Shown piece by piece: positions 10,082-20,799 of a DNA stretch of 64,000 nucleotides (within the stretch, counting starts at the first letter, position 1; each line of letters begins with the position of its first letter). The notes under the pieces were generated by a model. It saw only the letters and a list, made by a program, of their open reading frames with translations. It did no database searches and was not told where the DNA came from. Origin of the DNA: a bacterium (GTDB lineage: Bacteria; UBA8248); assembly GCA_965261085.1 (NCBI GenBank), contig OZ253442.1, positions 832,001 through 896,000 of the forward strand, written 5' to 3'. The position numbers and the translations under genes were made by a program.

Positions 10082-11314
10082 ATGACGAAACCACTGGAAG
10101 GCATCCGAGTCTTAGACTTGACGCAGTTTCTCTCAGGTCCCCAAGCCACGCTTTTCCTGGCGGGTCTGGGAGCCGAGGTCATCCGTATCGACAATCCGGC
10201 TACCGGCGATCCGGTGGCCTATTCCCCCCCCTATATCGGGGCAAAAGGCGTCTCCTATCATCCCCAGACGGATGAGGACATAGGGCTGGCCTATCTCAAG
10301 CGCACGCGCGCGAAAAAAGCGATTACCCTCAACATCAAGGACCCGCGTGGTCTCGAGATGCTCTATGGACTCGTCGATCGCTCCGACATCCTGGTGGAGA
10401 ATTTCTCCGTCGGCGTCACGAAGAGACTCAAAATCGACTACGAGACGCTCCAGGCGCGAAAACCCTCCCTGGTCTACTGCTCCATCACGGGCTACGGCCA
10501 GACGGGGCCGGATGCGGGGCTCAAGGGCTACGACGCCGTTTCCCAGGCCGCCTCTGGGCTCATGAACCTAACGGGGTTTCCCGACGGGCCGCCCACCAAG
10601 GCGGGTTCGGCTCTTGGCGACAGCATGGGCGGCACGTTCGCTTTCGGCGCCATCATGACGGCGCTCTTTCACCGCGAGCGCACGGGCAAGGGCCAGCACA
10701 TCGATATTTCGATGATCGATTGCATCTTCTCCCTCATCTTCGATGAGCCGATGGATTGCTACGAGCATCTGGGCCTGCCGCCCCGAATCGGGAACCGCAT
10801 CATGCGGCTCGCTCCCTTTAACGCCTATGAGACGAAAGACGGCTGGGTCATCATCGCTTCGGGAACCAACGCCCATTGGCGCAACATATTGCGCGGCATC
10901 GAGCGCGCCGACCTTATCAACGATGAACGATACGAGGACATGAGCCGGCGCGTAAGCAAATACGAAGAGGTCGACGCCATCATTACCGACTGGACGAAGC
11001 GGCGCGAGACGAAAGAGGCGGTCTCCTCCCTGCGCGTGCACGACGTCATCTGCGGGCCGGTGCACAATATCGACGACATCCTCGCCTGGCCCCACATGCG
11101 CGCGCGCGGGATGATAGTCGATATCGAACACCCCACGCTCGGGCCGCTCGACAGCGCAAAGGCCCCGGGCTTTCCTTTCAAGTTCAGTGAAATAAAAGGC
11201 GGTTACGCCACCCCCGCCCCGCTCGTGGGCCAGCACAACGGGGAAATCCTCGGTGGTCTGCTCGGCGTGTCGGATGCGGAATTGAAAGAGCTGGAAGATG
11301 AGGGCGTGGTCTAG
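10082..11314 (+). CDS. CaiB/BaiF family III CoA-transferase
   Basis: PLEGIRVLDLTQFLSGP, LVENF, ITGYGQTGP and the catalytic Asp in ALGDSMGG. Confidence 0.93.
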   Translation: MTKPLEGIRVLDLTQFLSGPQATLFLAGLGAEVIRIDNPATGDPVAYSPPYIGAKGVSYHPQTDEDIGLAYLKRTRAKKAITLNIKDPRGLEMLYGLVDRSDILVENFSVGVTKRLKIDYETLQARKPSLVYCSITGYGQTGPDAGLKGYDAVSQAASGLMNLTGFPDGPPTKAGSALGDSMGGTFAFGAIMTALFHRERTGKGQHIDISMIDCIFSLIFDEPMDCYEHLGLPPRIGNRIMRLAPFNAYETKDGWVIIASGTNAHWRNILRGIERADLINDERYEDMSRRVSKYEEVDAIITDWTKRRETKEAVSSLRVHDVICGPVHNIDDILAWPHMRARGMIVDIEHPTLGPLDSAKAPGFPFKFSEIKGGYATPAPLVGQHNGEILGGLLGVSDAELKELEDEGVV

Positions 11315-11319
11315 GGTTT

Positions 11320-12156
11320 ATGAGGAGCCGAGCCTACGATTTCTCAGCCATGCGGCATTTTGTCTTTATCCTGATGCTGGTTGGTTTTGTTCTTCCGGGC
11401 TGCGCCGGCGGAGTCGGCCCCGTCGGGGTCGATTCCGAAACGCTCGACTTGGCGGATGAGGCGAGGCGTACTTTCGATTCCGCCTATGTCATGATCCGGT
11501 TAAAAGATGAGTTCATCGAAGGCAGGATGAGCGACGAATTCGTTCAGAGGAAACTTGCGAGCTTCAAGAAAAAACGCCCCATCGTCATTTTTTCGCACGG
11601 CTGCGCGGGGCTTGGCCGGGGAAATTTACGCTATATGCGGCTGTTGGCGCGCGCGGGATACGCTGTGATCGCTCCCGACAGCTTCGCGCGTCACTACCGG
11701 CCAGAGACCTGTGATCCTTCCCAACATCGAGGCATAAAGGGAGCGCCTCACAGGCGGGTGAACCAGATGCGCCAGGAGGAGATTCACCACGCGGCCTATC
11801 GTGTTCGGCGCATCCCCTGGGTGGACCGGAGAAACCTGTTCCTGATGGGACATAGCCAGGGCGGCACCGCGGTAGCCGCCTACGAGGGGGATGGGTTCAA
11901 GGCCCATGTCATCAGTGGTTCCATATGCTGGCGCGGCGTTCGGTCGCCACGCGGGACACCCATCCTCGCACTGTACTCAGAGGACGACCCATGGCGGCGG
12001 GGCAGACCCGCAGATTCATGCCTGCGCAAGGCAAAGGCGCGAGGCGCGAACATGGAATTTCACCTCTTCGGGGGCCGGGCGCACAACCTCTCGCGCAACA
12101 AGAGAGCGCGGCGGCTGATTCTCGATTTTCTTGGCCGACACCGCAGGGCGGAATAA
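11320..12156 (+). CDS. Dienelactone-hydrolase-family protein, probable lipoprotein
   Basis: Lipobox-like VLPGC, HGCAG, GHSQGG, D-P-W and AHN. Confidence 0.78.
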   Translation: MRSRAYDFSAMRHFVFILMLVGFVLPGCAGGVGPVGVDSETLDLADEARRTFDSAYVMIRLKDEFIEGRMSDEFVQRKLASFKKKRPIVIFSHGCAGLGRGNLRYMRLLARAGYAVIAPDSFARHYRPETCDPSQHRGIKGAPHRRVNQMRQEEIHHAAYRVRRIPWVDRRNLFLMGHSQGGTAVAAYEGDGFKAHVISGSICWRGVRSPRGTPILALYSEDDPWRRGRPADSCLRKAKARGANMEFHLFGGRAHNLSRNKRARRLILDFLGRHRRAE

Positions 12157-12298
12157 GAGCGCTTGAAGCGCGCGTCTTGAAATTTCATGCTATTCGTTCT
12201 CCCGGCAAGCTCCGGCTTTCAGGAGCGATGCGGCATCGCCCGCCCCCCTGTGGTAGGATTTCCCTTGTCGCGGACTTGAAACCTGGAGGCTCATCCTC

Positions 12299-13285
12299 AT
12301 GCGAATCTGTACTTTCAGCCTTGGGGGCGAGGCGCGCATCGGCGTCTTGTTCGAGGATAAAATCGCCGATCTCAAGATGGCCTACGCCTTGTCGCTGGAC
12401 GAGCAATCGGCGGCGGAGGCCATGGATCGCGTCGAGGCCGAAATTCCCGATGATTGCGAGGAGTTCATCGAGGACCTGGAGATGAATCGTCCTCTCGCCG
12501 AGGAAGCTCTCGAAGCGCTCGAAGCGCATTCGAGCAAAAAAGACCCGATTCGCTTCGACGGAATGCAGGTTGTCTATGCGCCCGAAGAAGTCGAGATTCT
12601 TCCCCCCGTCGTACCCGACACGCTGTTTTGTATGGCGAGAAACTATGTGGCCCATGCCGCCGAGATGGCGCGCACCAAGGTGGATGATTTCAAGGAGGAA
12701 CTCCCGCTCTATTGCTTCTTGAAGCCCAGCACCTGCGTGAGTGGCCCGTATGAGGAAGTGCCCGTCTACCCCTCGATGGAAAAACTCGACTACGAACTCG
12801 AACTCGGCGTGCTCATCGGCCAGGGCGGCAAGAACATTCCCGTGGAGCGGGCGATGGATCACGTGGGCGGCTACACTCTGTTCAACGACATGAGCGATCG
12901 CACGAGCCTGAACATGGGCAAGTTCATCGACTGGTACGCCATGAAGGCGCCGGACGGCTTCGCCCCCATCGGCCCCTACATCCTGCTCCCAGAAGAAGGT
13001 CTCGACCCCCACGATTTGAGGCTCAAGCTGTGGGTGAACGGTGAACTGAGGCAAGACGCCACCACGGGCGACATGGTCTGGCGGGTCGCCGAGCAGATAT
13101 CGTATCTATCGGGCATCGCCACGCTGCGAACGGGCGACATCATCGGCACCGGCTCGCCTGCGGGCAACGCCGCCTCCTGGGGGAAATACCTGGAGCCGGG
13201 CGACCTGATTGAGGGCGAAATCGAGCATATCGGGCGGCAGGCGTTTCGAATCAGGAGCGAAAGCCCCGAGTATACGCCGGTCTAG
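12299..13285 (+). CDS. Fumarylacetoacetate hydrolase family protein
   Basis: RNYVAHAAE, LDYELEL, NDMSDR, KAPDGFAPIGP, GDIIGTGSP. Confidence 0.92.
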   Translation: MRICTFSLGGEARIGVLFEDKIADLKMAYALSLDEQSAAEAMDRVEAEIPDDCEEFIEDLEMNRPLAEEALEALEAHSSKKDPIRFDGMQVVYAPEEVEILPPVVPDTLFCMARNYVAHAAEMARTKVDDFKEELPLYCFLKPSTCVSGPYEEVPVYPSMEKLDYELELGVLIGQGGKNIPVERAMDHVGGYTLFNDMSDRTSLNMGKFIDWYAMKAPDGFAPIGPYILLPEEGLDPHDLRLKLWVNGELRQDATTGDMVWRVAEQISYLSGIATLRTGDIIGTGSPAGNAASWGKYLEPGDLIEGEIEHIGRQAFRIRSESPEYTPV

Positions 13286-13379
13286 TTCTCCCGGCGGTTG
13301 ATTCGCACCCGTTTGCGCATTAAGATTTTCGCATCGATAGATAGAATACCGAACCGTTGAAACCCGAGAGGGGACCCCC

Positions 13380-14747
13380 ATGAACCCAGCCATAGCCGAA
13401 GCCGAATCCCTGCGGACGATGGACAAGGAGCACGTCTGGCATCCGCTCATGAACCATTCCGGGATCGAGAAAAATCCCCTCGACGTCGTGGTCAAGGCCA
13501 AAGGCTCGACCATCCAGGACGCCTCCGGTAAGGAATACATCGACGCCATGGCGGGGCTTTGGTGCGTGAACATCGGCTACGGGCGCGACGAGGTCGCCCG
13601 GGCGGCGTACGAGCAGATGCTCGAGTTGGCCTATTATCCGCTGACCCAGGTGAACCCCCCCGCGGCCAGGCTCGCCGAGCGTCTCGCTTCCCTGCTGCCC
13701 GAGGGGGTCGAGCGCATCTGGTTCGTGAACTCGGGATCAGAAGCCGTGGACACCGCCATCAAGATAGCCCGCGTCTACGGACGCCTGAAAGGCGGGAGGC
13801 GATATAAAATCATCGCCCGCCACCAGGGCTATCACGGGGCGACCATCGGCGGCGCGAGCTTGACCGGCCAGACACTCAGGCGCGCGATGTTCGAGCCGCT
13901 CCTGCCGGGGGTGATTCACGTGAGCGCCCCCTATTTCTACCGCAGCAACGCAGATTCCGAGGCAGAACTCGCCCGGCGGTGCGCGGATGAACTCGACGAG
14001 GTCATTCGCTACGAAGACCCCGAGACCGTGGCGGCGTTCATCGCGGAGCCCATCATCGGCGGCGGCGGGGTGATTCCCCCGCCCGCGGATTACTTAAAGC
14101 GCATGCGCGAGGTGTGCCGGAACCACGGGGTGTTGTTCATCGCCGATGAGGTCATCACCGGTTTCGGGCGCACGGGGGAGCTATTCGCTTCGGATCTGTA
14201 CGAGGTCGAGCCGGACATCATGACGATGGCCAAGGGGCTGAGCAGCGCCTATCTGCCCATCGGGGCGACGGCGACCACGAACGAGATATTCGAGGCCTTA
14301 AACGTGGAGGGCGATTCAGGGTTCCTGCAGATAAACACCTATGGCGGACACCCCGTCGCCTGCGCGGCGTCGCTCAAGAATCTCGAGATCATGATGGATG
14401 AGGAGTTGCCCGCGCGCGCCAAGAAGGTGGGCGCCTACCTGGGCGGGCTTCTGGGGAAACTCGCCGACATCCCCTGCGTGGGAGATATTAGAGGCGTGGG
14501 CCTCATCTGGGGTGTTGAACTGATAGAAGAAAGCGGCGCGCCGCTCTCCACGGCGGCCACGTCGAAGGTGCTTGCCTACGCCAAGGAGGCGGGCGTAATT
14601 TTCGGCAAGAACGCCGGCATCGCCGCCGGCCCGTCGAATACCGTCACCATCAGTCCGCCGCTGGTGCTGACCGAGGAAGAAGCCGAGCGCGCCGCGTCTG
14701 TTCTCGACGGCGCCTTGCGCCGCGTTCAGGCGGAGAGCGGGGCATGA
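13380..14747 (+). CDS. Class III (omega-amino acid) PLP aminotransferase
   Basis: SGSEAVD, GYHG, FIADEVITGFGRTG, MAKGLSS, TYGGHP. Confidence 0.93.
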   Translation: MNPAIAEAESLRTMDKEHVWHPLMNHSGIEKNPLDVVVKAKGSTIQDASGKEYIDAMAGLWCVNIGYGRDEVARAAYEQMLELAYYPLTQVNPPAARLAERLASLLPEGVERIWFVNSGSEAVDTAIKIARVYGRLKGGRRYKIIARHQGYHGATIGGASLTGQTLRRAMFEPLLPGVIHVSAPYFYRSNADSEAELARRCADELDEVIRYEDPETVAAFIAEPIIGGGGVIPPPADYLKRMREVCRNHGVLFIADEVITGFGRTGELFASDLYEVEPDIMTMAKGLSSAYLPIGATATTNEIFEALNVEGDSGFLQINTYGGHPVACAASLKNLEIMMDEELPARAKKVGAYLGGLLGKLADIPCVGDIRGVGLIWGVELIEESGAPLSTAATSKVLAYAKEAGVIFGKNAGIAAGPSNTVTISPPLVLTEEEAERAASVLDGALRRVQAESGA

Positions 14748-14798
14748 GGCGCTAAACGAAAAATTTATCTCGCACATCATTTTCTGGGAGATTGAAAG

Positions 14799-15461
14799 AT
14801 GTCCAACATCACCATGCTCGATATCGAGGATTTGAAGAAGACGAAGCTGGCTCCTTTCCTCAACAAGGCGCTCAAGCACCGCGCGCCCGACCCCGCCTTT
14901 CACGCCATGCAGGGCCACAACGAGGAATTGGCGAAATCGATGTATCTCGCCTGGGGCACGGTGTTCAACACCGGCGTCATCGACCACAAGCTCAAGGAGA
15001 TCATCCGCGTTCAACTCTCGCGCCGCGCTTTTTGCAATTACTGAGGGAACGTGCGTTCTGCTTCGGCGAAGCAGGCAGGCCTGACCGAGGAGTTGATAGA
15101 CGAGGGCATCGACAACTGGCGCGACAGCGAGAATTTCACCGAAGCCGAAAAACTCGCTCTCGAATACAGCGAACTTATGGATTCAGAGCCTGAGAAGATC
15201 GACGAGGCCTTCTACGCGAGGCTCAGGGAGCACTACTCGGATGAGGAAATCGTGGAGTTGGGTTCTTTCATCGGCTTCAACGTGGGCTACCACACTTTTT
15301 TCAGAACGCTCGATTTCTACCCCATGTTCTCCCCCGACGGCCGGCTGGTGAGCCAGGAGGAATCGCGCCGCATCTACGGCGATTGTCCCGTCTCGCACAT
15401 GAGCGGCCCGCTTGAGCGTGCTCTCGAAGAGGGCGAAGCGCAGCAAGCCAACGGAAGCTAG
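14799..15461 (+). CDS. AhpD/carboxymuconolactone-decarboxylase-like selenoprotein with CxxU motif (Sec at codon 82, TGA 15042-15044)
   Basis: ORFs 14799-15044 and 15051-15461 are in frame: IDHKLKEIIRVQLSRRAFCNY-U-GNVRS...FTEAEKLAL...LREHYSDEEIVEL. A SECIS-like hairpin follows. Confidence 0.9.
15052..15077 (+). promoter_or_regulatory. Putative bacterial SECIS element
   Basis: tgc-gtt-CTGCTTC-ggc-GAAGCAG-gca; the G-initiated loop is 20 nt after the UGA. Confidence 0.7.
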
Positions 15462-15470
15462 GAGGAAGAC

Positions 15471-16076
15471 ATGCCGATAATCGAGCCGCTTGACCCCGAA
15501 GCGATTGAGGAGAAGGACTGGAAGCGCGTCATGGAGCGCACCGCCGAGACCCAGGCGCCGGATGCGTTGTTCTCGCGCATCATGGCCCATGCGCCCGGCT
15601 ACGCCGCCGCCATGCACGACGCCATGCACCGCTCCCACGCCATGGGCGGGGTGGACCACAAGCTCAAGGAGATGGTCCGCATCCAGCTCGCCAGAACCGC
15701 GCAGGACACCTACTTCGCGAACTTACGCTCCGAGCAGGCGAAAAAAGAGGGTCTGACGGAGGAGCGCATCGAGGCCGCCTGCGGGGATTTCGAGAACGAC
15801 CCGCAGTTCACCGACGCCGAGAAGTGGGCGCTTCGCTATTCCTACTGGATGTACCGCGACGCCGCGAAGCTGGACAAGGATTTCTACGATGAGGGCAAAA
15901 AGCATTTTTCCGAAGCCCAGATTATGGAGCTCGGCGCAATGGTGGCGCTTCACTACGGTCTGCAGGTCTTCATGCGCACGCTCAAGGCCTACCCACTGCA
16001 CGATCCGGAAGGAAACGTCGTGACGCAGGCGCAGTCCGAGAAGATTTACGGAAAAGACGTGCCCCTGCCCGCCTGA
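15471..16076 (+). CDS. AhpD/CMD-like paralogue lacking the redox CxxC/CxxU motif
   Basis: VDHKLKEMVRIQLARTAQDTYFANLRS aligns with the upstream gene, but CNYU is replaced by DTYF. Confidence 0.85.
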   Translation: MPIIEPLDPEAIEEKDWKRVMERTAETQAPDALFSRIMAHAPGYAAAMHDAMHRSHAMGGVDHKLKEMVRIQLARTAQDTYFANLRSEQAKKEGLTEERIEAACGDFENDPQFTDAEKWALRYSYWMYRDAAKLDKDFYDEGKKHFSEAQIMELGAMVALHYGLQVFMRTLKAYPLHDPEGNVVTQAQSEKIYGKDVPLPA

Positions 16077-16093
16077 AGCTCGCCACTAAGGTG

Positions 16094-16123
16094 AAACGCT
16101 CGCTATCCGGCGGGCGTTTTTTA
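16094..16123 (+). terminator. Rho-independent terminator
   Basis: AAACGCTCGC...GCGGGCGTTT stem followed by a T-run. Confidence 0.75.
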
Positions 16124-16296
16124 TGGGCCTGAGAGCTTGAAAAATAGCGCGCCGCGGATTTTCTCCGCCATAGGCGTCAGTTTTTTGAGTCGTATTATTA
16201 TGCTGATAGCGGTGAAAGAAATTTCTTGAGTCACGGCCCCCGCCATGCTTTAATGCCTCATCTGTACGATAGCGACGGTCTCACCCGGAGGTGCGT

Positions 16297-16448
16297 ATGG
16301 CGACCCACGTTCCGCCTCGACCCAGTAACGATCTAGCGCATCATGTCTTGCCCGGCTATTTTGCGGCCGCTCCACCTCGCCACCTTACAGAATCTTTTCG
16401 AGAACGAAGCGAATTTCAACCGGATTTCACCAGAATGGGAGTGAACTC

Positions 16449-16452
<4 letters not shown>
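16297..16452 (+). CDS. Putative 51-aa upstream ORF coupled to amtB
   Basis: RBS GGAGGTG, ATG 16297, and a stop TGA overlapping the amtB ATG (ATGA). Confidence 0.4.
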
Positions 16453-17855
<1,403 letters not shown>

Positions 17856-17977
17856 GCCGGGGAGTGTGACGTAGAGTTCTTGGTTGGGTAGGGAGTGTCA
17901 GTGTTATTGTGGGTTCGACTCCACTATGCTGGAAACTCTGGAGCGGGAGATAAGGAAATACCCGCGTGAGGCCGAAG

Positions 17978-18568
17978 TCATTGGGTTTCAAACAAGACTG
18001 CACCTGGTGACGTGGAGCCGGGAAACTGGACGCCCATCGACGTTACAGTGCTCATGAAAAGAGTCGTGATATCCACAGTTTCATTACGAATTTGGGTGAG
18101 GTTCTTTAATGAGAGAAGGCGATCAAACTCTTTGGGGCTGTCGGTTTTTGTTTTCCGAAAGAATCGCAACCGTGCGGAATCGTCCGCTTCAACACCACTA
18201 ACCCACGCACCGTGGCAAAGAGCGTTGCGGTAAACACTCAACTCTCTCAACCGGTGAACAATTGCGATTCTATGTTCTCGCGAAACGCGGTCATCGTTCT
18301 TGAATGCTTTTTCAATACGGTTAATGAGAGTGCCCAAACTATCGGTTAGGGATAGTTCAAGGTTTTTAGCCCACTTCTGATAGACTACTTCGGTGATGTT
18401 CTCGTACTTACGAGTCGCGGTAAGTGCAAAATGAGTTCTCTTGAGAATATCTTCCAAAAATCCAAAGGTTGCCACTGTTCTTCCCAGTTCTTCCCAGAAT
18501 GCCGGAGGAAGAAGGTGAGTCGGCCAGTTGTCCGGTAGCTTCTTCTTATCAACGATGAAAGACTCCAT
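17978..18568 (-). CDS. Hypothetical helical protein (lower-GC island)
   Basis: 196-aa ORF with FWEELGRTVATFGFLE and an RNALCH (RxxxxH, HEPN-like) motif. Confidence 0.7.
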   Translation of the reverse strand: MESFIVDKKKLPDNWPTHLLPPAFWEELGRTVATFGFLEDILKRTHFALTATRKYENITEVVYQKWAKNLELSLTDSLGTLINRIEKAFKNDDRVSREHRIAIVHRLRELSVYRNALCHGAWVSGVEADDSARLRFFRKTKTDSPKEFDRLLSLKNLTQIRNETVDITTLFMSTVTSMGVQFPGSTSPGAVLFETQ

Positions 18569-18572
18569 AAAT

Positions 18573-19169
18573 TTAACTGGAGTGAAAAGGTGATGAAATG
18601 CGGTTTGTGTTGGTCTTTGAACCTCGGATCTTTAATCGAGCCTTTTCGCCCGGATATGCCGCTTCCTCTTTACGCCGCCACATGAAGCCGATATCAAGTT
18701 CTACACCCAAACTCTGCGCCAACATTAACAACGCGCTGCCTGTTGCTTCCGCAGATAGACCTTGAAAAGAGATGTCGATCTCGGAAATGTACCGATATCC
18801 TTCATCATCCTTATATCCCTGAACCATGTTCACGGAACAGAGTCTAGTCAGTTTCTGGAAGTCGCCGAAATGCTTCATCGCTTGGACTAGCATCTGCTCG
18901 ACCAACGAATTCCATTTTGGCTTGTCTATGGACTTTCCTCCTATGGAAGCGTCCAAGATCTTCGTATGTTTCAAACTCGGCAATCTGTATGGGTCAAGTT
19001 CACGCTCTGAAGCAGCTAGCCTCTCTTTTGGAACAAAGTGTTCCTCGTGTTGTTCAAGCGCATCAATGGCTCGGTTTATGATTGTGTCGACTGTGTCTAC
19101 GAGTGGCTTCGCATGGTGCTGGAGTCGTTCAAACGTTGATTGTTCTATCGTGATTTCTGGCATTAGCAT
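18573..19169 (-). CDS. Hypothetical protein with an RHH-like N-terminus (resembles proteins annotated SepA-family)
   Basis: RBS GGGAGG before ATG 19169; MPEITIEQSTFERLQHHAKPLVDTVDTIINRAIDALE. Family name is from recall and was not verified. Confidence 0.6.
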   Translation of the reverse strand: MLMPEITIEQSTFERLQHHAKPLVDTVDTIINRAIDALEQHEEHFVPKERLAASERELDPYRLPSLKHTKILDASIGGKSIDKPKWNSLVEQMLVQAMKHFGDFQKLTRLCSVNMVQGYKDDEGYRYISEIDISFQGLSAEATGSALLMLAQSLGVELDIGFMWRRKEEAAYPGEKARLKIRGSKTNTNRISSPFHSS

Positions 19170-19293
19170 TTCCTCCCGAGTTAAAAATATCATTATATCT
19201 GTATATCAATATATGATATGATATCAGAAAGGGAATTTGTCAAGCCATATTCTATGCTGACGGTGAAAAAGACGACCAGAAGAAAACCTGAAA

Positions 19294-20046
19294 TTACACC
19301 AACCCGAAATACGCCTTGATGCGCCGGGCCGCTTCTTGCGACACGCCTTGCATCACTTCGGCCACGCGCTCGGGAGAGGTGTCTTCTATCTGGCCGTACC
19401 AGCCCGATTCGTACATGTCCCGCACGTCCCTGGGAATGTAGTAGACCGCCGGGTCGCGCCGGGCCGCGTCGCTTTTTTCTCCGTGGTCCATGGGAGATGC
19501 GTCCGTGGCGAGTTCCAGATGCGCGAGTTCGGGCCTGTCGGCGAGCACGGGCAGGACTTCGAGTTCACCGCCGTGGGTCAGGCCCACCTTCTGGCCATAG
19601 AGGTTCTTGGCGATGAAGTGCGCGTGAACGATGAGGATTCGCAAGCCCTCGTGCGCGTTCTGGGCGTCTTCGGCCGCAATTTCCATCGCCGGCAGGTTGC
19701 GCTCGTGCCAGTTCAGGAACACCACCTTCCTCGCCCCGTGGCGGTGGAGGCTGCTCACGACGTCTCGCATCAGGTGGATCATGGTCTCAGAGCGCAGCGA
19801 CACCGTTCCGCCGAAGCCCATGTGCAGGGGCGTGACGCCGAAGGGACAGAAATCCACCAAAAGTCCGCCGGTGATGGCCGCGATTCGCCTCGCGAAAGAT
19901 TCCGCCGCGTAGTAGTCCGTCCCCATCGGCAGGTGGGCGCCGTGCTGCTCCACGCTGCCCAGGGGGAGAATGGCGAGGCCGGTTTCCTCCAGAATCTTCT
20001 CGGCCTCGGGGTTCGTCATCTCCATCAGAGTGCGCGCTTTTTCCAT
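19294..20046 (-). CDS. Creatininase-family amidohydrolase
   Basis: LPLGSVEQHGAHLPMGTD, NWHERN, HGGELE. Confidence 0.9.
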   Translation of the reverse strand: MEKARTLMEMTNPEAEKILEETGLAILPLGSVEQHGAHLPMGTDYYAAESFARRIAAITGGLLVDFCPFGVTPLHMGFGGTVSLRSETMIHLMRDVVSSLHRHGARKVVFLNWHERNLPAMEIAAEDAQNAHEGLRILIVHAHFIAKNLYGQKVGLTHGGELEVLPVLADRPELAHLELATDASPMDHGEKSDAARRDPAVYYIPRDVRDMYESGWYGQIEDTSPERVAEVMQGVSQEAARRIKAYFGLV

Positions 20047-20050
20047 GGTT

Positions 20051-20476
20051 TTACGGCTCCTCGTCGTGCTCCGGGGGTGATGCGGGAAGCGGCTCTTTTA
20101 ATTCCATGAGTTCGATCACCACGCCGTCCGGCCCCTGGAAGTAGAGGTATTTGAGGTGCGGCATGTCGTCTTCCTCCACGATGGGGACGCCGCGCTCGAT
20201 GAGCATCGCGCGGGCGGCCTCGAGTTCCCCCTCCCCGACGTAAAAGCCGATGTGGTCGACCCCCAGCCGGGGGGTGCGGCCCGCAGGGGCGGGGTCTTCC
20301 CCGGGCCGGACGCCCCGCACGATGAGCATGCCGCCTCCGGCCATGAGTTTGGTCTGGAGCGCTCCTTTTCGCTCACGCGAGTCGACGACACTCGCGCCCA
20401 GGATTTCGCGATAAAAGCGCACCGCCTCGTCGTGGTCCGTATGGAGGACGTGCGCGTGCTCGTAAGTGAGTTTCAT
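20051..20476 (-). CDS. VOC/glyoxalase family protein
   Basis: HAHV...AVRFYREILG, GVDHIGF, YFQGPDGVVIELME. Confidence 0.9.
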   Translation of the reverse strand: MKLTYEHAHVLHTDHDEAVRFYREILGASVVDSRERKGALQTKLMAGGGMLIVRGVRPGEDPAPAGRTPRLGVDHIGFYVGEGELEAARAMLIERGVPIVEEDDMPHLKYLYFQGPDGVVIELMELKEPLPASPPEHDEEP

Positions 20477-20799
20477 GAGAGCCCTTCTCGAAAGCGCGCC
20501 GCCTTTTCGAGTCCCAGCCGGACACGCGCTCGATGAGAATCATTGCCCTATTCATCGGTGAAATTGAACGGTCCGCATTCTGGCGCAAAAGGCTTTCTTT
20601 TTGAAGCGCGCCGTGAAAATTCTCTCCCCTTGGTGGCAGAGTCCTTACTGGAGCGAGGCCGTAGGGAAGCCGCCGCCGCGCGCAGAGGGCCGCCTGCGCT
20701 TTGCGGATCAAGGCAAATCATTGTATACACAATTCTTTCCAACCCAACCCGGCCGCCAACGCGGGACGGCTCGAGGAGGAGCCGGGCGGAGGGGTTTGG

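Noticed and set aside
17909-17925. tRNA gene (GTGGGTTCGACTCCAC T-arm-like motif)
   Set aside because: No acceptor, D or anticodon arm can be formed; at most a decayed att remnant at the islet edge.
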